NCBI GenBank assembly: GCA_963693365.1
Contig: CAVNZM010000001.1
Coordinates: 16,425,840-16,489,839, forward strand
DNA length: 64,000 nt
Direction: 5' to 3'
DNA from: Amoebidium appalachense
Lineage: Eukaryota > Protista > Ichthyosporea
Of this stretch, positions 1 through 27,197 are shown in pieces. A program made the position numbers and the translations under genes. The notes below the pieces were generated by a model. It had not been told where the DNA came from. It saw only the letters and a program-made list of their open reading frames with translations, and did not search any database. How positions within the stretch are numbered: position 1 is the first letter of the stretch; each line of letters opens with the position of its first letter.

Positions 1-1722
1 GCATGTGTGACTTTGGTTGGGAGCTAATCCGATTACCATATCAGGCTGCTGGTTTGTGGTCTTGCTATCGTGGGCCCGGGGGAAGGTCCCACTGGCTTGG
101 AGTGGGTGTGGATCCACACACACTGTCTGCCCCTGAGGACTGAGAAGCAGATATACCACAGGTCATAGCCTGCCCCCCCGCCCTCCCCCCCCCCCCCCTC
201 CCCCTCCCCCCCTCCCCTCCCCCTTCCTCGTCCCTCCCTCCCCATCCCCATACCCCCCTTCCTTCCCTCTCTCCCTGCCCTCTGTTCCCTTACTCCCCAT
301 CCCCCCCGCTCCCCATCCCCTTTCCCCCTCCCCTCTGTTCCACTAATTCCCCGTCTTCTCGTCTGTGACTCCTGCTCCTTCTCCCCCCCCCCCCCCCCCC
401 TCCCCCCCACGCGCAAACACCACCACCATCATAGTCATCACTACCACCATGAGCACGATACCAAGGGCTGCCCAAATACTCATCGGCTGCTATTATTATG
501 GCACCCATGCTTATGCGCTCTCAGCAAGAAAAAGCACTGAAAGCGTGAAATATGGTGGGAGGAAAACGGTTTCTTATCCGTCATCGGGTTCGGGGCTTTT
601 TTTTTCCCTTTTTGCAGGCCGGCCATTTCATCAGAGTTATCCTTACACTTTGTTCCAGTTTTCATGATCGTTTCCACTGAACGTTTTCCAGTTGATATGG
701 CCATTTTCCTTATTCCTGTTTTCCGGTTTTCCAGTTAACACGAACGTTTTTACAGTCATCCTGAGCTTTTTGTTTGCAGAGGAAAGTGCTCTCTTTCTCT
801 CTCTCTGCATCACCTGTCCATCACCACCACCGTCAACGCTACACATTCCTGTTTTTTTGTTTGCTGTTAATATGACCTACGCCTATATTTGCGGTGATTT
901 TCTTTATCGCGAATACTAACTTCTGGCACCACAGGCACAAGAATCTGTGTTCAGGCAGAAACAAGGGTGATAATCCCGTTCGGGTAATCTCTCTCCCCCC
1001 CCCCCCCCGCCCCCTCCCGCCCTTCTCCTCATCTTTCCTCCCCCATCCATTCCTCCCTCCCCCCCCCCCCCCCCCCTGCGCCGCCCCCCCCACCCCCACC
1101 AAAGAAGAAAGAGAAAATAAGAACAATGATGTAATGATGTAGAGTGTAGTCAGCAGTGTCAGTTAGATTGAAAATAGTGATGGCAACAACAATTACTACA
1201 GGAATAACAGCAACAGTAGCAATGATATTAGGGCTTCTCTCACTTTCTTCTCCCCCCCCCCCCCCCCCCTCCCCCCAAAAGAGAGGGGGGGGGGGGGGGG
1301 GGAAGAAAGCCTCAGGGGTTTTCCTCCTCGTTTCGAGAATAAGAGGGCACCAACGCACACACACGTGCAACAATCCCTCTGACCCCCACACCACCCCCAC
1401 CACACTTGATAGTGGATGGTGCATTTAGATGTGCATAATTTAGATGCCTTGGCATGTGAATAATCATTTGACCGGGCTTCCTGCCACAGGCACACTTCAA
1501 AGCTTCTGACGGTTTCTGGTTCTCATGTGCTATGTATCACACACGAAGTTAAATTTTCACCATTGAGCCATGATGGCCCGGGAGAGGGGGAAGGGGGGGG
1601 GGGGGGGGGGGGGGGGGATAATGAACATTCACGCATGTGGGCATTTGCGCGCACACACACACGTAGAGGCACCCACACAGTTGCACTCCTTGTATGTACT
1701 CACATAATTGGCGGTTGTGTAG

Positions 1723-10725
<9,003 letters not shown>

Positions 10726-10996
10726 GGTTTTTCTCTGTGTAGGGGCTTTCCTATTAGATGTAGTAACGTTCTGTGTCCTAATTCTCCCTTGTGATTGATT
10801 GGACTGGATAGTTTTATTCGCCCCCTTCAAAGGGGCTCTTCTTCTTGGTGTTTTGTTTCGTTTGTTTTTCTTTGTTTTATGTTTGCTTTCTTGCTGTCGC
10901 GGATGTTGTGGTCACACGTCTCTGGCTGTGCAAAGGTGTAGTTGGTCGAGAGCACATGTTATTTTTTTTTATTTTTTTTTTTGGTGTGTGTGTGTG

Positions 10997-11086
<90 letters not shown>

Positions 11087-11845
11087 TTCCCTTCCCCCGT
11101 ATCGTAAGAAGGCATGTAGGCTGATAAATACCTAATCAATTTGCATAACTACACGTGTTCTTAAAGAGGTGCATCAGATTCTTCAAAAAAGATATGCCTA
11201 CCAGCTCCGAGGCTGAGCTAGGTATTTCTTCACATATGACACTAGTGGTAAGTTTCAGTGACACTTGAGTAGAATCCGTTCGTAGTGGTGAATGTGGGCA
11301 GAGCTATCAGAACATCTTTGCTGTAATGTGCCTTCAATGGTTCCAACCCCAATCACAAACAGAACAAACTTCAAGATATTTTTATGCCCATATACTTCGA
11401 ATCATGTACGTATGCCATGCATACACACTCCAGAAACAAGGAATGAAGTCTTTGTACAACAAAAAAAAAAAGCCGGAATATTTTGTATCTTTTATATCGA
11501 CTTCAATAGAATTTAAACCTTCATCTTCGTGGTGACAATTTATATATCCCCCCCACACACACACACACGCAAACACACACACAGAGACAGATACATATAC
11601 CAGACACACATGTACATGCAACAAAAAAATCAATATAAATCCATAGCGCTACAGAGGCCCGACCAGTTACTTGCACATTTATTCGATTCAAATCGTGTTC
11701 CCTTAGCTAAGCCACTGCTAACCAGACCACATGCTGCAGTAAAATAGTACAGAGTACACATGGTCAGGATGTCACATAGGCTCGTTTTTTTTTTTTTTGT
11801 TTCTTTTTTTTTTTTTTTTTTTTTGTGTTGTGTGTGTGGGTGGGT

Positions 11846-11896
<51 letters not shown>

Positions 11897-11943
11897 CTAT
11901 AATTAGCAATTTGATCTAAACATAGAATCTCCAAGTGTCTTGG

Positions 11944-11980
11944 GTTACGTCATCGTGACATTTGAAGTAACCAATCAGAA
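11944..11980. promoter_or_regulatory. Candidate Rab8 promoter elements (CRE-like TTACGTCA and CCAAT box)
   Basis: ttacgtcatc at ~11945 and ccaatcag at ~11971, in repeat-free DNA ~1.2 kb upstream of the Rab8 ATG. A CAG at 13203-13205 just before the ATG suggests a 5' UTR intron (candidate donor gtacgt at 12413). Confidence 0.3.
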
Positions 11981-12925
11981 TAGATGATCGCTCCCGAAGA
12001 ATTTGACTGCGCCAAGAGGTTACAATTTAAATCTTTGATTTAATTCGTCATGGGCGTTTAAAGTATAACAAAATGCATGATTTTAGGGTTTTATTCTATG
12101 GTACGTTTTTTTGATCGCGGCTGTGTGTTGCGTATATGCGTCCGCAGCAGCTCAGTGTTTTCTCAGTGGTCTTTTTTGTTCGCTTTACCTCCACATCTAC
12201 ACCTAATTCTGATATAGATCCGGTGTTTAGCTATATTACACTTTAAGTGAGAAGCTGAGTGTTCGTTTGACACAGAGCTTGTGTCGTTAATGCTCTGTAG
12301 AGTGTCAGATTCAATACAGGCGTAGAGCGAAATCGTCGTGTGTTGGAATTCTGGGCAACGCCTCGGGCTAGTTCGTGACCGAACCCTGAGAAATTTTAAT
12401 TCTGCTATATAGGTACGTCTTCAGGCTTGATATATCTGTGATATACGCGTTTTTTATGTGCTCTTTCTAAAGAAGTTATTCACTAATCGTTTCTTGCTTT
12501 GATTCTGGTGTACACCTTTCTTGGTAGCTATCTCTGACGTTTGCTTGGCTCGCCATTCTCTTTTTGAAAACAAAAGCACAAGATTGCATTTTTCCAAGCA
12601 ACCTCGTTCTCGCTTTGGATTCCTCGCGCAATTTCTGTTTGCTGAGGATAGGAATCGTTTGAAAATAGGCAAGTGTTCAAGCTCTGACTCACATTTCAGC
12701 TTCCTTCAAAGCAAACCATCACAGAACATGCACACACACTCTCTCTCTCTCTTGCACACAGAGTGGTTTCATGGCTCCTCGTGTCAACCTTTGTAGGGTA
12801 TGGAAGTAGGGAACGTTTTACTCACCCTGTTGCCTTTGCTGAAAGCCATGATCAAGCAATTCGTTACCTCCTGCTGCACGCTCAAGCACTGCCCCCCTCC
12901 CCCCCCCCCCCCCCCCTTTCCCCTG

Positions 12926-12992
<67 letters not shown>

Positions 12993-13214
12993 CTCTTATG
13001 CACACATCAGGTGTAATGCACACACACTTGCGCAACCACGCATTACATGACGGCCATCCGCATATTAACACCTTCATCCCAAGAACATATTGGTGTCTTT
13101 TTGCATCTAGTTGGAACACAGCAGCTAAATGAGCAGCATGAAGCTGTGGAGGGGTTAATTACCTTCTTCCTGAATGACCGGTGTGCTGTTTTGATACCTG
13201 TGCAGACCGCTATC

Positions 13215-17266
<4,052 letters not shown>

Positions 17267-18360
17267 TAAACACATGTACACACGCATATACACTGACACA
17301 AAGTGCAAATAAGGGCACATGTGTGCATGGTCCAAGAGATTACATATTCAAATGAACTCTCACATGCACACACGCACACGTGTGCAGTGCGGTTGTTTCC
17401 CCCTACCTCTAGTGTGTCCGAGCTCTTGAAACTAGCAATATTACCTTTTTTGTGCACCTAATACCCTGTGTTTCAGGTTTCACCCATTCGGCTGCATTTA
17501 TCGTATGTCCAGTTTATGTGCTGTAATTACCTTAGTATCTCGTCCCAACTCTCTGGCATATTGGGCATATTGTGTGCTTGGGTTTGGATTGCATGTGTGC
17601 GTGTGTATGCATGGGTTGGGTCTTTGTTTTTCCTTTCTTATCCGTGTGTTTTCAGAACCTTTCGTGTAGTTTGATTCAAAACAGATTCGCTTTCCTAAGA
17701 CGTTGAGTTCGGCTGAGTTTCGATCGTTAAACCCATTTGCTAGGTAGTTAGTCGTACACACACACACACAGACCGGCGTGTCATATTCGTGCACATAGTT
17801 TCAGACATTTATGGTTCTGTGTGAGTTGGTGATGTTCTAGTGTTGGTGTCTGAATTGGTTTGGTGTGTGTATGTACATTGTAGGGTGTTTCCAACTGAAT
17901 AAAAACCATGCGCATTATGCCCAAAACCAGTGTGTACCCAAACCAAACCCCTCCTCCTCCTCCCCCCCCATCCCCCCTCCCCCCATCTTATGTGCACACA
18001 CACACACACACACATGTACACACACACACACACACACCACACAAAAACACACCAGAAATCCTTCATATGCATCCACCCCAGTGGCCCCCAATGACTTCGT
18101 GCAGTGTAGTGCACAGACACACACACAAGTGCTCACCTGCACCTGCCTGTGCGCAGCGGCGCCACCGCAACTACACACAAGCACGAGTTTTCACACGCAA
18201 TCCTACATCCGCGTTTATACACACGCGTCCATAAGGTGACACCGTGCACACCCGCGTCTACACACACAGTCTCATCTCAAAAGTGTGCACCCACACACCC
18301 ACACATATGTACCCACACACAAGTGCATGCACATGACATTGTATCCACACATTACGCATG

Positions 18361-18535
18361 TATCCACACACATGTACATACACATGTATTCACACATTTG
18401 TTACACATGTAATACTATCCACACCTATGTACATACACATGTGTTCACACATTTGTTACACATGTAATACTATCCACACCTATGTACATACACATGTATT
18501 CACACATTTGTTACACATGTAATGCTATCCACACA
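18361..18535. repeat. Minisatellite, 55-bp unit x ~3
   Basis: tatccacac..atgtacatacacatgt.ttcacacatttgttacacatgtaat.c starts at 18361, 18416 and 18471. Confidence 0.9.
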
Positions 18536-19442
18536 CGTGTACACGTGCACATATACGCATGTGCATGCCCTATAAAATACTGCTCATCATGGAAACGTTC
18601 TCAACATAGCACCACGTGCACTCACCGGCCATCCTAAGCCTCCAGTCGCCCACACATGTCCACCATTACAACTAAATAACTAAGTGCTACTGTGCAGGAT
18701 ACTCAGCTGCAGCTGATTTATTGAATTCTACGTAATATTTGTTTCAGATTGCAAAACTTACTCATAACCCGGTGCGCATGCACATGTATGTACATAAATG
18801 GGGATGGTTGATATCGATGCTGCCTATGATGCCGCCATGTGCGTTGCAAGTTCGAACAGGAGGACCACTGGCAGGACAGCTACAGCTGAACCCATCACGA
18901 GGTTCATACGTAATAATATATGTACACCACGCGCGCACATGCATGTATAAATATCGTTCAGAACAGCTGTGTGAATATGAAAAGGGTAGGGAATTGCTCC
19001 CCAGATATATGTACAATAGTGAGCGTGTGGGCAAATTTCTGATAGACCAGTTTGTATATGAGTTGCCGGTTCAGTCTTACTGTGTAAAGGCTTTACAGTG
19101 GAGATGTAACAAATACAAAGTTTTCAGATATGTATGCCCTCCACCAAACAACACACCACACCAGTATAAACGAACATGCCCCCAAAAATGTGGTCCGCTC
19201 GCATGATCAACCTCTATTTCTCCAGACATACACACTCGGTTCACCCGGGCCCATACACACAGTGAAAGACCTACCGAACTTCACAGTGCTTGATTTCATA
19301 TATAACTCTGGCGAGTTTCTACTGTTCCAAAAGTGTATGGATTATCTGGACAAAAATGTAATACAGTCTCAGAATACGGATTAAGGTGTACTTGAACACG
19401 AAACAAACAAACAAACAAACAAACAAACAAACAAACCGTGAC

Positions 19443-19473
<31 letters not shown>

Positions 19474-21234
19474 ATATCTCCACATATGATGCATGTGGTG
19501 GGAGGCCTAGGAGTCTGCACTCAGGGGAACGTGACTGCAGCGTGTGTGTGGTGTGGCCTGGTGTATTCCTACTGGTGTGAGAGTGTGGGGGCATCTCCCT
19601 TTCGCGGAGTTTCTCGCTTGAGAAGTGGTTTCGTCAACGCCTGGTGGTCCACTGCAACCTATGGGAACGTCTACACGCTGTCTACGTTTCTACGCGACCT
19701 AACATTGGCAGTGGGCTGCTGCAACTTCTTCAGCTACTTCTGCGCTGCGTGAGTGGAGGGGCGGCTACTTGGTCGGGGAGCTTTCCAAGTGACTGCCAGT
19801 CCTTAGCCTCCAGTCGTACGGCAATGACCGGGTTTGCTTGCATGCATTCTGTAACTGTGTTTTTCTGTGTGTCGACGTCCTGCCACAACTAGGCCACCTT
19901 ATCAGAGAGCTAGATGAAGTTTCTCCGGGTTATCTAGGGGCCGGGCCCGTTGGGATTGTTTTTTAGCTCAGATTTGGTCTGCATTGCTCTTTTAGAGGCT
20001 GACTTGCTTGCTGTGCCTCGGTAGGTTTTGAGGGGGGCCTGTTGGGAAGCAGCAGTAATGATGTCTTCTTGCGGAGTGTGGTCTGGTCAACATCGATGCA
20101 TATGACTAGTTGGAGCAAACTAGTTTCATGCATACACGTACACTTAAGGTTTTGCCCGCTGGTGTCCTTTGTCACTTGTCGCTTTATTTTTATTTCGTAG
20201 CTTTGGCTTTTTCAGTTCTATTGGTGGTTATGTAGCCTGTGGCTGCACGTTGCCTTCATCAACGGATCAATAAACCCGAGCCAAAAGAAATGATGCATGC
20301 CTGATACGTTATATTCACACATATGATTTGTATGTTGTAAGTGTAACACCGATTTTATTACATGTATATCTTGTTGGGTGGAAGTACTGTTGGCCTTGGT
20401 GCCGACAACTCATTACAGCTCACCTACATGTCGTTAATAAACAGCACATTCCCCCCTATGTACAAGTCATATGTGCACTATGAAATTAATCAAACATTTT
20501 GACTATTTAACTGGACGGAGAGTGCCAATATGGAATTTCCACCATACAAACAGAAAAAATTGGACAGAAAGTTAAAATTTTGGCTCACAAAAAAAAAAAA
20601 AAAAAAAGCTTTTTACCAAACAACAAAGATTTTGAAGTAGGAATAAATTTGCAAATCAAAAGATTTACGTGTACATGGTGTATTATACCCGGTGGTGTGG
20701 GCCATGTACGGGCGTAATTTGTGTGGTGTACATGTGTGTCCGTGCACACGGGCGAACCTGCAGTGTGTGCGTGTGTGCATGTGTGTGGACACTGCATGTG
20801 TGTGTGTTTGTGTGTGTGTGTCCTTGCGTGTGCGTGTGCGTGGTGAGGTCGCAATCACAATTAGCTTCATTTTTTGTGATGATGGTCATGTGTAATTATT
20901 TAGTATTCTTTGTATGTACAGGGTGAGACAAAAAAACGTGGGAATAGAGTTTCATAAATACTGCTTTTGTATGCATTCGATATCTATCACACCTGTTGAC
21001 TATCATATTTCGGAGTTAGTCGATCACGACAGAAAGTGGGAAACAAGCAAACCCATCAAACCCCCCCAATTTTTCAAATCAACCTCTCATAATATCATGA
21101 TAATTCAGCCCTGTTCCATTTTTGCATTAGCTCACAGAGAGACCATCTTGTACATTCTATGCAATGAATGATCAGAGTGTTACGACATTACGAGATCTCA
21201 TTCTGCACTCTTGAAAAATGGCCCCCAATCTCCC

Positions 21235-21619
21235 TCACACATTTTCCAAATTTACAAAAACCCCAATCTTAACATTTTCAGGCTGCGCCCATGATGTCTG
21301 GGCCGAAAGTGCCACCGTCAAGCACGGCATAGACCCCCAACTTCTAAACGCCATAAGCCCCCCTATCGTTCCATTCGCCGTTCCTCGAAATTTAAACATC
21401 AGATTTTCATCCGGCTGCCATGCAACCCCCACACACAGAGAGCTCAGAACAGCACGCTCTCTTGAGAGATGGGGGGTTTTTATAATTTTCCACTCTGCGT
21501 GTGTTGGGGAAATCCGGCCACCTTGACTAGAAATGGATTGCGCTTTGGAAGGCTCACTGGTTTCGTGGACGAATTCACCCCCTGTTTAGATATGGTGAGT
21601 ATTTGTCCAGAGTACATTC

Positions 21620-21701
<82 letters not shown>

Positions 21702-21709
21702 ACTTTTTG

Positions 21710-21790
<81 letters not shown>

Positions 21791-22396
21791 CGTGTGCGCG
21801 TGTGTGGTGGTAAATGGGGGGGGGGAGGAGGCGGGGGGGGGGGGAGGGGGGAAGGGAAATCAAGAAAAAGAAAAAGAACAAAGAAGAAAAAGAAAGGGAA
21901 GTTTAAAAAACATAACGAAAACAATCATAAGGAAACTCTATTAGATACATGTCGATAAAGACATTCGAGTAGAGCCAACCATCAGGCTGTTCAATGAATG
22001 GCGGGCGGGCCAGCGGGTGGGCAGGCGGGCCCAAAGGTGCCCGAGAGGAGGAGGCAGATGAAGGACGGGGAGAGATTGGAATGTGTTTTTGGAAGTGCAC
22101 GGGTAGCAAATGATATATGGAACACTGACATAAGAAAAGAGGCTCCTCGGCGTGTGTGGGTAAGGTAGTGTGGGTAAGGGAGTTCTTGGGAGAAAGGAAG
22201 CTACTCGGATATGCGGTACCAAAAGAGCAAACAAGTAATGATTGCATTCACCGGAAACAATGCGAATTGTTAGGTGATTAGACAAAGCAAAACTGTGAGT
22301 ATCCACGGACCAAGATCTATAATTTTTTTAAAAATAAAATGTAAAAAGTAGGGGAAACTTCAGAAACGGAAATGAGGCGTTTTTTTTTTTTTTTTT

Positions 22397-22427
<31 letters not shown>

Positions 22428-22702
22428 GGATTAGGGGTGGAGGAGGGAGGGTCTATACCCATTGAAAATCTGTGAAGAATCCCCCCTACAGGCACCATCA
22501 TGTTGTGCAGGTAGGATGCAGTCAGCTGGTGGCCCCCCTCATTCACCCCCAGTGCAATCTCGTAGTCTTGGGGCTGTGTGTGTGTGTACGTGTGTGTATA
22601 TGTGTGTGTGTGTACGTGTGTGTGTGTGTGTGTGTACGTGTGTGTGTACGTGTGTGTGTGTGTGTGTGTACGTGTGTGTGTGTGTACGTGTGTGTGTGTG
22701 TG

Positions 22703-22759
<57 letters not shown>

Positions 22760-22995
22760 GTCTGTGTGTGTCTGTGTGTGTGTGGTGGTGGTGGTGGTGG
22801 AGGAAGGGGGGTTGGGGGGGTTGGGGGGTTAGTGTTACGGAGTATGAAGTGCACAATCATGACGGACAACACAATGTAGAAAGCAATACACCAGGGGGGG
22901 AGAAGAGCGGGGGGGGGGGGGGGGGGGGGAGGAGAAGTTCTCCAACTAAAACAACTGCAAATCTCCTCAAGCTTGTTCGCCTATGTTTTATATAC

Positions 22996-23033
<38 letters not shown>

Positions 23034-23098
23034 ACACACACCCACCCATCCATCAGCAACCTTTTGGCTCCTACCGTCAGAGCCAAGCAACTCCCCCC

Positions 23099-23136
<38 letters not shown>

Positions 23137-23305
23137 ACACACCCTTTCCCCCCCCCCCCCCCCCCCCCGCCCAGCTTTCTCTCGCAAACACAACCCACTG
23201 ACTGTCCTTATATCCAATCATCATTAGCCTGCCAGTTTACCCCCCCCCCCCCCCCCCCCCCCCCCCACCACCACACACACACGTGACACACACACGCACA
23301 CACAC

Positions 23306-23341
<36 letters not shown>

Positions 23342-24027
23342 GGCCATGTCTGGGGTCTCTTGACTCCACCATATATGCCACCCTGCCGGCCCACTCCATC
23401 TTTGGCCCAAACCGTCTGTCGTATTCGCAGTTTGTCATTAACCCTATTTTGAGCCCCCGACCAAGAGACAGAACCATCGTGCCTGTAAATGCCAAATGTG
23501 GGTTAAGTATCACACACAGGGGATATGTGCTATTAATGGGTGGGTAAACACCACACACAGGGGATATGTGCTATTAATGGGTGGGTAAACACCACACACA
23601 GGGGATATATGCTAATATTGGGTGGATAAGTATCACACACAGGGGATATGTGCTGATATTGGGTGGGTAAGTATCACACACAGGGGATATGTGCTGATAT
23701 TGGGTGGGTAAGTATCACACACAGGGGATATGTGCTGATATTGGGTGGGTAAACACCACACACAGGGGATATGTGCTAATATTGGGTGGGTCAGTATCAT
23801 GCACAGGGGATATGTGTTCTCGGGATAAGCTTTTATGGAGGTGTTTTTAGGCAGAGAGGGGTATATTGTACATCGCACTCGATACAAATTACCGACCATC
23901 AACGAATAATTTGCAAAACACACACACCGAGAATGCAACATAAATAGAGACCGGTGTATAGAAAAAGGGGTTGCCGAGGGGGGGGGGGGGGGGGGGGGCT
24001 CAACGGCTTTTTCCGAGGGGAAAGCGA

Positions 24028-24076
<49 letters not shown>

Positions 24077-26212
24077 TGTATGTATGTGCCTGCGTGTGTG
24101 CGCGCATGTGACTGTGTGTGTTTGTGTACGGGCGCGCATCTGCGCATGCGTGTGTGTCTGTGTTTGTTTATGTATGTTCAGGAGGGGTTGTTCCTGCCTC
24201 CCAGGCCGTTATTTGGGTCAGCCAGGTCAAACTCTGCCTGGACGGCATTGCCCTCCCACCGTCCGGCTGCCCCGGCACGAAGCTGTGCTGCCCCACTGTC
24301 CAAATGTACTAGGCCCTGCGTGTAGATGTTGACGTCATCCGTGCCTAGCCTGGATTGTGAGGAATGTCAGGAATTTGCTGTGGTATGGGGTGGCGAGAGC
24401 AGTGACAAGTTTAAGCTACGTAATGAGGCCCACACAGCAGGCACTGAGACATTCACAGGCACACGCGTGCGGTTATGACAGGTGCACACTCAATGGACTA
24501 TTAACGCAAATGCACAGACACAGGCATACGTGCCCACATCCCATGTACGAAAATCCCTCCCCCTCCCCCCCCTCTCCACCAGCCCTCCCCTTCTTCCGCC
24601 ATTTCTTTTCTTCCCTCCTCGCTGTCAAAACAAAGAACCCAATACCCCCCCCCCCCCCCCCCCCCCCCCCACCCACCCTCACAGCCCCACCTCCTCTAAT
24701 CGAAAAAATAAAACAAGAGGGAATGTCGGCAAGCAAGGGGCGGTCAGGCAGGCAGTCTGTGCCCGAGAAAGCCCCTCAGGGGGATGGGGGGGGGGGGGGG
24801 GGGAGGGGGGGGGGGGGAGAACGGATAAGAGGGCGAGGGTGGAGGGAGCCCGGGGGAGGGGGCGGAGGGGGGGGGAGGGGGCGGAGGGAGGTACCAACCT
24901 TACAAGACCCTTCAACATGCCGCCAGCTGTAACCACCTGGCCCTTCATCATCACATACTCATCCTTGTATCTGATTGGGTGATGGGGTGAGGTAAGCACG
25001 GCCCAGCCAATCACAACCACACCAGAACCCAACATGATGAAACATATCGCCTAAAGAGAAAGGGGCTAGAGAGGGCAGAAGGGGGGGGGGGGGGGAGGGG
25101 GGGGAGGGGGGGGGGGGGGGGGGGGGTTTTAATGCATGTGCCCACGTGAACCCATGCATATGTTTTGCGTGTACTATAGAAAACCGTTTCATATATCCCC
25201 ACCTCTTTGTGTGTGTGTGGTTGCATTCGGCAGGTCCGTGTGTGCGGCGCGTCTAGGCGTGCGCACATTACGGGTGCGTGTGTGCGTGCTTTGAAGTTGC
25301 TTTCTGGTGCTTGTGCAAGTGCATGTGATCGCATGGGTGTGCATACCGTGTGCACCCGTGCCTGTGTGTGTGTACGCATGTGTCAAGTGTGTGTGAGTGT
25401 GCAAGCATGCTCATGTGTACTTGCTTGGGTGTGCACGCCTTTCTATGGATGTGTGCAAGCATGTACACGTGTATGAATGCATGAACGTGCAGCTCCTTGC
25501 GGCCACATACACACTTGCGTTTGAACGTGCCTGTGCCTGTGCTCATATCTCTACATGTATCTGAGTGTGCCCGTGCCTGTGCTCATATCCCTGCATGTAT
25601 CTGAGTGTGCCCGTGCCTGTGCTCATATCCCTACATGTATCTGAGTGTGTACACAACCAGGCGACACTTGAATGTGCCTATACCTGTGCCCTTATGCCTA
25701 TATGTGTGTGCTGGTACACATAAGTGTGTAGCTCTTGAGTGCGCCTGCCCATGCCTATGCTCTCATGCCTACATGCATGCGCACCTACACACCCGTGTGT
25801 GACATTCAAGTGTGTACGCGCATATGTACGTGTGCATATGCCCACCTGACGTTAGCCATGCCCACACTTGTGCTGTCAAAGAACAGAGCTTTGCTCCTCC
25901 GACTGTACTGGATGCTGTTGGTGAATGTGGCCGTCACTTCCTGCAATATGATTGGTCAACACCGTCAGTCACGTGCATGACTGCATACAATCTTTTCGCC
26001 TTACGCGCCCTCCCCCCCCTTCCCCCCCCCCCCCCCCCCCCCCGTGCCTAGCCTCTACTGCTACTTTATGGTGAACTTGAACCTCCCCGTCCCCTTCCCC
26101 CCCCCCCCCCCCCCCCCCCCCCCACCCTCCCCCCACCCGCCCCAAAATTCTCCGCTACACACAGCATCTCACCCCCTCCCCCCACCTCTCTCCCCTGTTC
26201 CCCTCTTAGCCC

Positions 26213-26243
<31 letters not shown>

Positions 26244-26606
26244 TTTCCCCCCCCCTTCTGTTAACCTTTAAGCAACCCATCCCCCCCCGCCTCGATTTCT
26301 CTGAACCTGAACCGAACCGAAACACCCCCCCCCCCCCCCCTTCCCCCCTCTGGGGGGAATGGGGCTGCCCCCCAAACCCCTCCTCCCAGCACAACAATGA
26401 AGATTAGAGGAGATCAAGTTAAGCAAACAGAATAGGGATTGGGCCCCGAGGAGAGGGGGGAACCGGGGCGGGGGGGGAGGGGGGGGGGGGTTGCGTGAGC
26501 CGGGGTGGGAAGAAAGGGGGCACGGGGAGGGATGAGGTGGACTGGGGAAACGGGGTGGGTAGATTGTGTTACAGTATGAGGTACACATTTATAACAAACA
26601 ACAGAT

Positions 26607-26644
<38 letters not shown>

Positions 26645-26740
26645 AGGGGGGGGGAGGAGGGGGCGGGATTAGAGGGAAGCTGCGGGAGGGTGGTGGTGGT
26701 GGTGGTGGTGGTGGTGGTGTGGGGGGGGGTTAGCAAAGCA

Positions 26741-26798
<58 letters not shown>

Positions 26799-27166
26799 CA
26801 CTGTTGCTTTGTCTGGTTTGAGGCCGAACCTCATCTGGAAGTCATAGCAGTCGTAGAGCAGAGACTGACAGCGCAGACCAATGTGGTAGAAGTCTCCCTG
26901 GTTGTCACTGCGGGATTAGGGTGAGGGGGGAGGAGGGGAGAGGGGGAGGAGGAGGGGGGGGGGGGAGGGGGGGGGGGGGATATGTTGTGTGTGTGTGTGT
27001 GTGTGTGTGTGCATGTGTGCGTGTGCGTGTGCGTGTGTGCGTGCGTGTGTGTGTGTGTGTTTATGTGTGTGGCCCGGCGCCACCGGAGCGGGGGTTGGGG
27101 GGTGGGGGGGGGCTTGGGGGGATAAGAATCAGTAAAATCAACATGAATATGGTACGAAGCATTGCC

Positions 27167-27197
<31 letters not shown>

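Noticed and set aside
1490-1530. CENP-B HTH-like FKASDG motif
   Set aside because: Too short, the frame is ambiguous, and there is no adjacent transposase sequence.
20917-21152. Tc1/mariner MITE starting TA-CAGGGTG
   Set aside because: No convincing matching inverted terminus found.
21531-21593. Plus-strand exon ending at a GTGAGT donor
   Set aside because: Overlaps the better-supported minus-strand terminal exon of the beta-barrel gene.
23508-23820. CRISPR-like array
   Set aside because: Units are head-to-tail with no unique spacers, they lie in a eukaryotic intron, and no cas genes are present.
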